Positions 35,782 through 44,180 of a DNA stretch of 62,929 nucleotides are shown piece after piece (position 1 is the first letter of the stretch; the number at the start of each line of letters is the position of its first letter). The notes below the pieces were generated by a model that was given only the letters and a program-made list of their open reading frames with translations, did not search any database and had not been told where the DNA came from. The DNA comes from a virus: the IMG/VR virus record IMGVR_UViG_3300034392_000002; one strand, given 5' to 3'. A program made the translations under genes and the position numbers.

Positions 35782-36394
35782 AACTGGTTCCTTTGAGCGC
35801 GCGGCTTAAGCGCTGGAGGACAGAATCTTTGTCAGCCGCGAGGACGTTTTCTATTTTAATAAGGAAGGTTTCCTGCTCCGGGTCGTAGTCACCGATGGCT
35901 GTGGGGTCTACAGACCTGCCCTTCCAGTTGTGGCCGTCAAGGATGGCTTGCCACTCGGCCGGCTCGAGGCCCAGCCAGGAGGGCTCGAACTCTTTGCCCA
36001 TCTGTTTTGAAATCTGGCGGGCATTCTTTTCGAGCAGTCGAGGGTCGAAGTGCGAGAGTCGAGCGAGCTGGTTAGCGGCGATGCGGTAGGCCGCACGCTT
36101 TGCGCCTTTCAAATCAGAGTACTTGCAGGAAATCGTCTTGCAGCCTTCAAGCTGCATGGCGCGCTTGATACCGTGCCCGGCGATGCAGACGTTATTACGG
36201 TCAATCAAAATATCTTCTTCCTGACCGTAGAGGCGAATGCTGGCGCGCAGGAGCACTATCTGCTCGTCGGTGTGGACGTTCTCATTTCGGGGATCGTCCT
36301 TGACCTCATCAATCGGGAGTTCGATGTATCTTTGGCCGCGCTCAGTATGCGCTCCGGCCGCACTCCTTTTTTTCTTTGACGTTCTAGTTGTCAT
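35762..36394 (-). CDS. ParB-like nuclease-domain (ParB/Srx fold) protein
   Basis: IELPIDEVKDDPRNENVHTDEQIVLLRASIRLYGQEEDILIDRNNVCIAGHGIKRAM. Confidence 0.65.
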   Translation of the reverse strand: MTTRTSKKKRSAAGAHTERGQRYIELPIDEVKDDPRNENVHTDEQIVLLRASIRLYGQEEDILIDRNNVCIAGHGIKRAMQLEGCKTISCKYSDLKGAKRAAYRIAANQLARLSHFDPRLLEKNARQISKQMGKEFEPSWLGLEPAEWQAILDGHNWKGRSVDPTAIGDYDPEQETFLIKIENVLAADKDSVLQRLSRALKGTSYEARAY

Positions 36395-36471
36395 TGCTAC
36401 TAACTGAGCTTAAAAGCTACATAGATGAAGTAAGCGAACCCGGCTGCCAATGTGTCCAGAGCGCAGTTTCA

Positions 36472-36954
36472 TCAGAAGAAAACGCTGCTGGTAATCTTTC
36501 TCAAAACCTCCGGCATGGAAACAGGGCTTTTCGAAAAGCCGTTCGACGATTTAAGCTCGTTGCAATCCGTCTTTCGATGGCTGAGCAGGCAATAGATAGA
36601 GCTGATGAGTTGCGGCATGGTGATGGGCTTGGTTAAGACTTCCATCCCGAACTCTTCAGCGTTCTCATGCGTCACGCTGCGGTCATAGGCTGTCAGGAAC
36701 GCTTTGACGATGTGCGGGTAATGTTCGTGGAGCACCGCTGCGACCGTCGCCCCTGATTCTCCCAGCAGATTGACATCGAGGATGGCGGCGGCAACCGGCT
36801 GGCTGGCGATGATGTTCAGCGCTTCATCCGCCGTCTCCGCGAAAACGGTGCGGAACGCAGGTTGGTAAACCTTCATGCCATGCTCGACCATGGCGCGGAT
36901 GTCATCCACATCGTCAACGAATAAGACCAGAGGCAGAGATGTTGTCTCGCTCAT
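36472..36954 (-). CDS. stand-alone response-regulator receiver (CheY-like REC) domain protein
   Basis: LFVDDVDD, phospho-acceptor-like ILDVNL, FLTAY and LTKPI in canonical order. Confidence 0.7.
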   Translation of the reverse strand: MSETTSLPLVLFVDDVDDIRAMVEHGMKVYQPAFRTVFAETADEALNIIASQPVAAAILDVNLLGESGATVAAVLHEHYPHIVKAFLTAYDRSVTHENAEEFGMEVLTKPITMPQLISSIYCLLSHRKTDCNELKSSNGFSKSPVSMPEVLRKITSSVFF

Positions 36955-36958
36955 AGTT

Positions 36959-37345
36959 TTAAGTTAAATCGAAATCATCCATTTCCGTCGTGGCCGAAGA
37001 TTGATGAATGCCGTGCTGCGCTGCCAGCCGCCGCGCTTTCATCTCCTGTTCGGCCTCGACTGAGAGGGTCAGCAAAATATCCACCTCAGGCAAATTAAGT
37101 TGCTTTCGTAAATGGCCGACCATCAGGCCCAATTGCCTGATGGTGTACCGATCCTGAAAGTTAAACTCCAGCACCTGCGTGTAATCGCGCTGAAGCATTT
37201 TGTTGCGCGCGGTCAGCTTGCGGCAGTTTTCACGACACTCCTTAAGCTGGCGGTCGCGTCGCCGGTTGACTCCAATCCAACCGCCGGCAAAAGCGGTACA
37301 GATGGCGAAGATTAATTCCCAATGGGAAGCCAGCCATGCTTGCAT
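36959..37345 (-). CDS. i-spanin-like protein (N-terminal TM plus coiled coil)
   Basis: WELIFAICTAFAGGWIGV TM followed by a charged helical region; lies in the lysis cassette. Confidence 0.45.
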   Translation of the reverse strand: MQAWLASHWELIFAICTAFAGGWIGVNRRRDRQLKECRENCRKLTARNKMLQRDYTQVLEFNFQDRYTIRQLGLMVGHLRKQLNLPEVDILLTLSVEAEQEMKARRLAAQHGIHQSSATTEMDDFDLT

Positions 37346-37477
37346 GTTCCAGTTGCAACTTTCACCAGCGAGGAAACCCGACTCTAATCTCGCATCGCCC
37401 CATTAGCGACCGAAGGGATTAGTGAGAGCACCAAGAGTGAAGCCGAAGCCGACGCCCTTGATGAAAAGCAGCGCTCC

Positions 37478-37966
37478 TTAGTCGCGCTGCCTGGTGCGAC
37501 GTTCGAGTTCGCGGAGGTTCTCCTCCAGCTCTCTGCGGGCCGCTTTGCCATCCTCAGAATTGGCGCTCATCTCGGCCAGCGTGGCCGGGGCAAAGGCAGC
37601 ATAGACCGTGCGAGCCAGTTGAATTGCTTGTCGGGCCAACAAGGGCAGCTTGATGACTCCGCTATTCAACAAAGCATCGAACGCGCCCAGCGCCTTGTTG
37701 AACAATTCCTCGCTTGGCGAGTCCCGATAGGCATATATGGCCGCAACGATGCCCTCGACTTTAGCTTTCGCCTCGCCAGTCAGGTTGAAGGTGGTCGGGA
37801 CTGACTGCAAAGCCTTTGCGGCCCGCGACAGACCTTTATTAAAAGTGACCTTTTGCTCTTCCGTGCAGCCCAGCGGGCTAGCCGGACCAAAGGCGAGGCA
37901 ACTCAGGAGTACCGAAAGGGCTAACAGTGTGCTGAGGGCAATATTGCCCCGTTGAGCGTATACCAT
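37478..37966 (-). CDS. signal-anchored or lipoprotein-like lysis-cassette protein (spanin candidate)
   Basis: ALSTLLALSVLLSC possible lipobox; lies after the endolysin. Confidence 0.4.
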   Translation of the reverse strand: MVYAQRGNIALSTLLALSVLLSCLAFGPASPLGCTEEQKVTFNKGLSRAAKALQSVPTTFNLTGEAKAKVEGIVAAIYAYRDSPSEELFNKALGAFDALLNSGVIKLPLLARQAIQLARTVYAAFAPATLAEMSANSEDGKAARRELEENLRELERRTRQRD

Positions 37967-37989
37967 GATGACTCCTCAAAAGCGCCGGG

Positions 37990-38643
37990 CTAGGGCGCAG
38001 GAAGCAGCTTTTGGGCTGCCGCAACTACTTCTGCGAAGCGCATTGCTCCGCAGTCATAGTGCGAATTTGCAGGGACTTCGAGATGGGAGAACCATCCGTC
38101 GTTTCGGTTATAAGCTCCGCTACGCCTACGCGAGTTGTTCTGCGTGGCCCAGACCTGCCCCTTCATATCCGAGCAGTCGTCGGGCCACGGGTAGCCGCGC
38201 TTGAGCGGAATAAGGCCGAGCATTGCGAGATGGGCCATGAGGGCGGCCAGAGGGCAGAGAGTGCTTTCGACAGGCAGCCAGCTCGCCCGCGCCTGGTCTT
38301 CAACCTTGAGGTCAGGCATGCCGCCGGTAAAGCCGACCATCTCGATTTGAACGAAGGCCCGGCGGTTGCCGGGGTCAACGAGAGCAGCTCCCTGCACGCC
38401 GAGCGGACGACAAGCAATAATCTTGTTCTCGCCGACGATGAAGTGAGGAGCAGAATACCTGGCCGAGAGAGCAGCGAAGGCCGAGGCTACAGTTTGCCCC
38501 TCGGTCGTATGCAGCACACCTACGCCGGTCATCTCCATCGGGATATATGACTTGCCAGCCGGTCGCCGTATCTCGTTCTTGATGATGGGTACGCCGAAGA
38601 GCGGGGCAAGCAGCCATTCGCTGTGACCGTTAGCCCATGCCAT
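37990..38643 (-). CDS. endolysin, N-acetylmuramoyl-L-alanine amidase (Amidase_2/PGRP-like)
   Basis: GVLHTTEG ... APHFIVGENKII ... RAFVQIEMVGF ... SHYDCG. Confidence 0.65.
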   Translation of the reverse strand: MAWANGHSEWLLAPLFGVPIIKNEIRRPAGKSYIPMEMTGVGVLHTTEGQTVASAFAALSARYSAPHFIVGENKIIACRPLGVQGAALVDPGNRRAFVQIEMVGFTGGMPDLKVEDQARASWLPVESTLCPLAALMAHLAMLGLIPLKRGYPWPDDCSDMKGQVWATQNNSRRRSGAYNRNDGWFSHLEVPANSHYDCGAMRFAEVVAAAQKLLPAP

Positions 38644-39074
38644 TATGTGCCCCCCGTGGTTGGACTGTTGCCTGCCCCTTGATTCGGCGGTTTGGTGAAG
38701 CTGGAGACGGCTTCAGGGGCCGCGCGGGTGAAGCCGTAGACGCCGGCCGCGCCAAGCAGGATGTTTGCAAAGACAGCCGCATAGTCAAGCACCGTCTGGC
38801 GTCCGAAGTTGCCCTGCGACCAAGCGAGGAGCGCCGTGAAAATAAGCGAAATGGCGAACACCGCTATCGGCCCGCGCCTGTCCGGGAGGCCCGTCCATTT
38901 CACGAACTGCGTCAGGAAGACGGTGATGGTGCTGGCCGTCACTACGGCAGCCTGCGGCACACCTGAAGGCTCGCCAAGGCCGATGGCAGATTGAATCATC
39001 ATCAACAGCACGTATGCCGAGAAAATCTCCAGTCTGGTTCGACCCATGATGAATGCTCTAAATTGCAGCAGCAT
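38643..39074 (-). CDS. holin-like membrane protein
   Basis: Three hydrophobic segments; TAATG overlap with the endolysin; RBS agaaagga. Confidence 0.6.
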   Translation of the reverse strand: MLLQFRAFIMGRTRLEIFSAYVLLMMIQSAIGLGEPSGVPQAAVVTASTITVFLTQFVKWTGLPDRRGPIAVFAISLIFTALLAWSQGNFGRQTVLDYAAVFANILLGAAGVYGFTRAAPEAVSSFTKPPNQGAGNSPTTGGT

Positions 39075-39104
39075 TTGCTTGTCCTTTCTCTTGACTCAAG
39101 TGTT

Positions 39105-39147
39105 GAATCCACCGGCACGTAAAGTTGAAAAGCGTGCCGGTGGATTC
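39105..39147 (-). promoter_or_regulatory. Perfect 15-bp-stem hairpin in the lysis-operon leader
   Basis: gaatccaccggcacg (13-nt loop) cgtgccggtggattc; a second 7-bp hairpin lies at 39157..39175. Confidence 0.8.
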
Positions 39148-39184
39148 ATGGGTGGTGTTCAGAAATGCTCTGAACTGGGATGGC

Positions 39185-39239
39185 ATTATGACGGCAGCAG
39201 TGGCGGTCAGGCTGTGAGTAACACCGTGAGTAACACCGC
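39185..39239 (-). promoter_or_regulatory. Candidate late promoter module A: 2 x GGTGTTACTCAC - 23 nt - CATAAT (minus-strand reading)
   Basis: 27-bp identity with 30599..30625 and identical 23-nt spacing to attatg (39185..39190). Confidence 0.6.
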
Positions 39240-39249
39240 AGAAACATCC

Positions 39250-39555
39250 TTATGTAGTGAATCCAGAGCGCCGTTCGATGATGCGCCTATCCCTTTCTTC
39301 CTCTCTTCGCATTTTCAGGCAGTTGTCGCACCGTCGCTTTTTTTTTCCGCGTTTCTTCTCTACTGGTCTTCCGCAGTCCCAGCACAGCCCTCGTTTTTTC
39401 AGACGCCTACGATAAGCAGCCATACCTTTTTTCGCTCTTGCGTTCTTTTCATCGGCGTGCGTTCGACAGAAGCTCGATGTGCCGTCAGTCCCGCGCGGAC
39501 ATCCACATTTGCCGCACAGTCCCTGAGCTATTCGCTGGTCGAAGAGTCGAGCCAC
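39250..39555 (-). CDS. basic zinc-finger protein in the Q/Ogr position (candidate late regulator)
   Basis: CGKCGC...CRTH and CWDCG...CDNC; last gene before the late promoter candidate. Confidence 0.4.
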   Translation of the reverse strand: MARLFDQRIAQGLCGKCGCPRGTDGTSSFCRTHADEKNARAKKGMAAYRRRLKKRGLCWDCGRPVEKKRGKKKRRCDNCLKMRREEERDRRIIERRSGFTT

Positions 39556-39574
39556 TGATTAGTCTTTGCCTCTT

Positions 39575-39901
39575 TCAGTTAATCGAATTGCTCGGTCGTT
39601 GTTCGGCTTGTTCGGCCGGAGCATCGCCGCGGGTGAAGCACAGGGTTTTGCCGTACAGTTCACCTTTAAGTACCAGCACGCGCCAGCCTACCTGCCGGTA
39701 ACGGCGCAGCAACTCTCGCTGTGCGCAGAGGCGCAAATCATCTCCCAGTGTATAAGTGGCGTATGAATCAGGTACGTCCTCGTGATAGTTGTCTTGAAGA
39801 TGCTGGTCAATCTTGGCTTCAAGCTCAGTTAACAATTTTTCTTCGTCGTCATTGAGCGGCATGTCTCCCAGGGCGAGAAGATTTGTTGGTGAGATGGCCA
39901 T
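39575..39901 (-). CDS. hypothetical protein
   Basis: 108-aa ORF. Confidence 0.5.
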   Translation of the reverse strand: MAISPTNLLALGDMPLNDDEEKLLTELEAKIDQHLQDNYHEDVPDSYATYTLGDDLRLCAQRELLRRYRQVGWRVLVLKGELYGKTLCFTRGDAPAEQAEQRPSNSIN

Positions 39902-39990
39902 ATCAGATAGTTAGCTATCAGGAGTCAGCAGGTCGTTATCATGTACCGATATATCAGACGAGTCCGATAAAGAACGATATATCGGTACAA

Positions 39991-40779
39991 TTACGTCTCA
40001 TTAAATTGCAATGTGCGCTGTGCCGGTGCACAGATTTGTCCCGATGCTTCTGCACACAGACCAAGCACTTCGAGTTCTACTTTGAGTCCTTCACCATAGC
40101 CGGCGAAATATCCATCAGGGACAGGCGGCGGGACTGAAAGAGATCGCGCCTGCTTCATCTGTGCGCGGCTCAAAAATTCATTGAGCGCGACTTCCTTACC
40201 GGGCAGTGCCAACGCGTCTACGGGCACCTCAACAGCGCGGTTGTCCTTCTGTTTCGCGCGCTGCTGATAGCGAAACCCGATTGCAGCAGAGAAGCCGATA
40301 TAAAAGGAAAAGAGAAAAGCCTTATCGCCGGGCCATTCAGGATAGACAAGTTGCTCATAAAACTTCTTCGCACGGCGCGTGTTGTCCTTCGCTCTCTCCT
40401 GCGCAAGGCGGGCCAAACGGCAAAAGGCAAAGATGGATAGTTCCACCTCCTCACGTCGGCCGAAGAACAAGAGCACATTCGATGCGGGCTGAATGCCTGT
40501 GCGGCAGTCGTGGGCACAGGCGATCACCTGCGCCAACTGCTCGGCCCAAGCGACACGTCGCTTGCTCTTAGATTGTCCCCATGCGGCAGGGTTAAGAGCG
40601 TAACCTCCGATTTCCGACGGCGTGACTTCCGAGGCATCAATATCTTCCTGCGTCAGGTTGTTTTCAGCCATCAACCGGCGGGCGCGCTCGCTGAAAGCAT
40701 CTGCCTCCGCAGTATTGCCGAGGCCCGCGGCGCTCTTTGCATGGCGCTGTAACTTCCGAATGGTATCAATAATCTTCAT
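39991..40779 (-). CDS. DUF2786-like protein
   Basis: Start refined to ATG 40779 after ggagg; IRKLQRHAKSAAGLGNTAEADAFSERARRLMAENNL. Confidence 0.5.
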   Translation of the reverse strand: MKIIDTIRKLQRHAKSAAGLGNTAEADAFSERARRLMAENNLTQEDIDASEVTPSEIGGYALNPAAWGQSKSKRRVAWAEQLAQVIACAHDCRTGIQPASNVLLFFGRREEVELSIFAFCRLARLAQERAKDNTRRAKKFYEQLVYPEWPGDKAFLFSFYIGFSAAIGFRYQQRAKQKDNRAVEVPVDALALPGKEVALNEFLSRAQMKQARSLSVPPPVPDGYFAGYGEGLKVELEVLGLCAEASGQICAPAQRTLQFNET

Positions 40780-40849
40780 CGTTTCCACAACCTCCAGAGC
40801 ACGCCACAGACAATCACAATCAGCACTATGCAGAGAGGAATCAGAGGGT

Positions 40850-41041
40850 TCACGAGCCGGTCTCCGCCTGCACATCCCCGGCATGCTGCGCTTCATACAC
40901 AGGCTTGCAGGCGCAGAGCAATTCATCTGTATAGCCAAGCTGCTCTGCGTCTTTGACGATTTCGAGCAGCTCCTTCAGTCGAGCGTCTGTGGCCAACTGA
41001 GTCAAGCTGCCGATGATGTTAGTCACGGCTGCATCAGCCAT
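40850..41041 (-). CDS. small hypothetical protein
   Basis: ATG 41041 after gggagg; the longer track ORF overlaps the upstream gene. Confidence 0.45.
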   Translation of the reverse strand: MADAAVTNIIGSLTQLATDARLKELLEIVKDAEQLGYTDELLCACKPVYEAQHAGDVQAETGS

Positions 41042-41079
41042 CTTGTGTGATACCTCCCAATAGAAACCATCTTTGCACC

Positions 41080-41634
41080 TCAACTCTCTGCGCGTGGCAG
41101 AATAATGAAAGGCTCTCGCACGCCTCCGCTCCAGCGCTGGGCGGTACGCAGCGCATCCTCTAAAACCTCCTCTGGCGAGAGAGTTGTTCGTCGCGTCAAA
41201 GCATCCAGCGAGCCAAGCGCCACTTGAGCACCGCAACCGAGGGCGTTAAAGTCAATGGCGACTCTCTCGACCTGAAAATCGCCATACACCGAAAAGAGTT
41301 CGCCGCGATAGCCGACCATGAACGCGCCGCCTGAATCTTCGCGTCCATGTTCTTTGGTGGCCCAGCCACTTTGTTTGAGACAATCGCGGACAGCATCAAC
41401 GAAAGTTGTCACCATGAATTTTTCCGTGGAACATTCCTCGGGATGCTGCGGCGGCGAGAAAGAGTATCGGAGGAGTTGCCCCATGCGGTATGAAGCGGAG
41501 AACCCCATCACGAAAGGGCCATTGATGAAGACCTTTTCGTCGGCGCGTACAGTGAGTTCAAGGCCGCTCATGGCAGCGCTATCGCCACCGATCCAAACTC
41601 TTCCTTGAGATTTGATTCCGACGATGCAGGTCAC
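41080..41634 (-). CDS. HslV/proteasome beta-type Ntn-hydrolase (threonine peptidase-like)
   Basis: M-TCIVGI start; counting from Thr as residue 1 gives D17 (GGDS) and K33 (EKVF); GCGAQVALGSL corresponds to the GSG region. Confidence 0.6.
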   Translation of the reverse strand: MTCIVGIKSQGRVWIGGDSAAMSGLELTVRADEKVFINGPFVMGFSASYRMGQLLRYSFSPPQHPEECSTEKFMVTTFVDAVRDCLKQSGWATKEHGREDSGGAFMVGYRGELFSVYGDFQVERVAIDFNALGCGAQVALGSLDALTRRTTLSPEEVLEDALRTAQRWSGGVREPFIILPRAES

Positions 41635-41638
41635 TATC

Positions 41639-41878
41639 TCAACCTCCGTGCTGACAGTTGTGCATTGGACACGGCATCAAGGTGAAGGTGATCGACTTGT
41701 CATCGTTCATAACCTTTTGAGCCATTTGAGGGCCACTGAGAGCAAAGAATGATTCGACCTGTTCAGCCGTGACAGTCAATTCACCACCCAGCGAATGCAA
41801 AATCAGACATAGTGCAGCGAACGCCAGGTTCGGATCGCCCTGGTTCGGTTCATGTTGTTCAACTTCAGCTTCAGCCAT
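41639..41878 (-). CDS. hypothetical protein
   Basis: 79-aa ORF. Confidence 0.45.
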   Translation of the reverse strand: MAEAEVEQHEPNQGDPNLAFAALCLILHSLGGELTVTAEQVESFFALSGPQMAQKVMNDDKSITFTLMPCPMHNCQHGG

Positions 41879-41937
41879 GATGAAACCCTTTCACACATAA
41901 CAATGATTATCAGACCCCAACTATTTGCTTCGCCTGA

Positions 41938-42342
41938 CTATCCGATAAAGACGATTTCTTCGATCTCTTCGACCTCATAGTCGCCTGTCCCTTCGGCGGT
42001 CGAGACGGTCACGAAGTCGCCTTCACCCGTAAACTCTATCTTGCGCGGGATACCTTTCTCGCCGCTCTTGAGCCTCACGCAGCCCTGCTCATGCACAGTT
42101 TCAATGAGTCTGTTAATCGTGACAGCGCGCTTCATCTCTTCGCCTTCAGGGTTCTCGGCATCTGTATCTTCAAAGCGAAACGGATACCGCCCTTCGCGCA
42201 GAGCGACCAGCCAGCGCTCGAATAACGAGATCAGTTCCAGACGGCATCGCTCAAGCGTGACGGCATGCTTGACAGGGATGCTGAAGTCGAGGCCCTGCTC
42301 GCGCGTCGAATAAACGATTTCGATTAGTTTAGTTTCACTCAT
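41938..42342 (-). CDS. hypothetical protein
   Basis: 134-aa ORF. Confidence 0.5.
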   Translation of the reverse strand: MSETKLIEIVYSTREQGLDFSIPVKHAVTLERCRLELISLFERWLVALREGRYPFRFEDTDAENPEGEEMKRAVTINRLIETVHEQGCVRLKSGEKGIPRKIEFTGEGDFVTVSTAEGTGDYEVEEIEEIVFIG

Positions 42343-42363
42343 TCATCAAAACTCACTGGTGGA

Positions 42364-44007
42364 TTATTCAATAACATTGACCTTCATGCTCGGAATGGAT
42401 TTGAACCCTGCGCGCGGCTCAATGGTGAGAAAGCCCATCTCAGCCAGCGCTTTGAGGGCTTTATCCACATTACGAGAGTCGTGCCGCCAGTGACGTTTCG
42501 CCATCTCGGTAGCCACTGCGTTTGCCGACTTAGGTTGGTCGAAGAATCCTTCTGCGATGAACAGCGCGCACCGCCCGCGTAAGCTGCTCGTATCACATTT
42601 GACTGTCTCACGCGGATGTCTGACTTCCATCTCAGCGATGGGCTGTGTAAGCACCATCTTGATGCCCTCTTCGCCGCCGAGACGCGCCAAGACCTCCTGC
42701 GTTAACTGCTTGAGATTGACTGAACCGTCGTTGCCACCAGCAGGCATGGACGCCTTGACCTCTTCAATCACCTGCGGCAACACCAGCTCGGCAACTTGTC
42801 GCGGGTCGATCTCTGCACCGGCGCTCGTCACTACTGCGCCCGGCTGGTTTCTAATCGCATCTGCTAGATTATTGATGGCAGCAGTCAGTGCTGTTGCGTC
42901 GAACATCTCCTCATCATCCTCTCTGCGCGTCAGGGCCACCGGCTTCGGCCGCGCGCTCTGTGCCGGGCGGGGCACGTCCGCGATTGCACGTTCGCCTGTT
43001 GCAATCATTCTGGCGTCCTCAACTTTCATCCACGCTGGCTGCACGTAGACCTGCTTGACAGCTTTCCCGTAACAGGCGAAGAACTCCCCGCGGCCCAATG
43101 TCATTACGTCCGAGGCTTTAGGCTTCTGTGTTCCCGCGGGGATGTTGTCAAGCGTGCGTCGCACCTCGTTAGCTTCGCGCTGCACGCCGACAATCCAGAC
43201 GGTCGCGGCGCGCAACATCAGTTTCCAGATGCCTGCGATGTCCTGACTATCCATCCAGACATAATTCCCTAACCCTGCGCCTTCGCGAATCAGCTTTTCG
43301 GCAGACGGCTTAACGACCGTCATGCGCGCTTCAGGGATAAACTTCCACGCTTCAGGCATGATGATGATGACATTGCGCTCGCGCTGGTGAACCCACTCGA
43401 CGACAGAGCGCACGACGAGCATCTGCATCTCTTCGGTGTAGGCGCTTAAATCCATGACGTTGAGGCCCGGAGAGAGCGTGACGCGAGATGCCGCAGGCAG
43501 GCGCTTAATCTGCGGCAGCACGATGTCGAGATATTCGCCGAGCAGCATGAAGAGGTCTTTATCCATCTGCCGGCGTGCCTCGCGCTGAAGCTCCGTGATG
43601 TTGGCGCGCACGTCTGTGAGCGAGTGTGCACCCTGTGCGGCCTTCACAATCCATGCCCGCTCGAACTTCATCTTGTGCTTCATTACTGACGCCATTAAGG
43701 ATTCCACCAGCTCCCAGTAGGGTCGCCCCTCGGACGCCGCTTCGTGAAAGTAGGGCGGGCACTCACGCGCCGCGGCGAAACTCGTCTCGCCGCGCTTGGT
43801 CTTAAAGGCAATGGCGCGCACGTCCGCGCCAGCGCGCGAGATTAAGGCTTCGAGCGTCGTCGTCTTCCCGGACTCCTGCGTCTGGCCGGTCACGGCCAAG
43901 TGGCGCAGTGGGACGGATACAGGCGCACCCGTTTGTATCTCAAAGCCCAGCAGAATTGTTTTCTCTGTTCGATTCATCATCAGGGTTGGGTCGGAGCTAA
44001 AGACCAT
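42364..44007 (-). CDS. HerA/FtsK-like P-loop ATPase with a winged-helix-like C-terminus
   Basis: RHLAVTGQTQESGKTT Walker A; VIIIMPEAWKFIP Walker-B-like; start uncertain. Confidence 0.55.
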   Translation of the reverse strand: MVFSSDPTLMMNRTEKTILLGFEIQTGAPVSVPLRHLAVTGQTQESGKTTTLEALISRAGADVRAIAFKTKRGETSFAAARECPPYFHEAASEGRPYWELVESLMASVMKHKMKFERAWIVKAAQGAHSLTDVRANITELQREARRQMDKDLFMLLGEYLDIVLPQIKRLPAASRVTLSPGLNVMDLSAYTEEMQMLVVRSVVEWVHQRERNVIIIMPEAWKFIPEARMTVVKPSAEKLIREGAGLGNYVWMDSQDIAGIWKLMLRAATVWIVGVQREANEVRRTLDNIPAGTQKPKASDVMTLGRGEFFACYGKAVKQVYVQPAWMKVEDARMIATGERAIADVPRPAQSARPKPVALTRREDDEEMFDATALTAAINNLADAIRNQPGAVVTSAGAEIDPRQVAELVLPQVIEEVKASMPAGGNDGSVNLKQLTQEVLARLGGEEGIKMVLTQPIAEMEVRHPRETVKCDTSSLRGRCALFIAEGFFDQPKSANAVATEMAKRHWRHDSRNVDKALKALAEMGFLTIEPRAGFKSIPSMKVNVIE

Positions 44008-44180
44008 CTGTCAGCCGAGCTGATAGGTCATCCGTTTGGAGCGCATGTCATCGGGAGGCCGCATGGTTTAGACCTCACTCGCAGAGAATCCCCTCGCAGA
44101 ATTCCCTCTCTTGAACGACTCGATGCGTTACGGTCCCAGCGAAGGCCGCTCGGCTTCGGATGCTCCCTTGACCCATAAAT

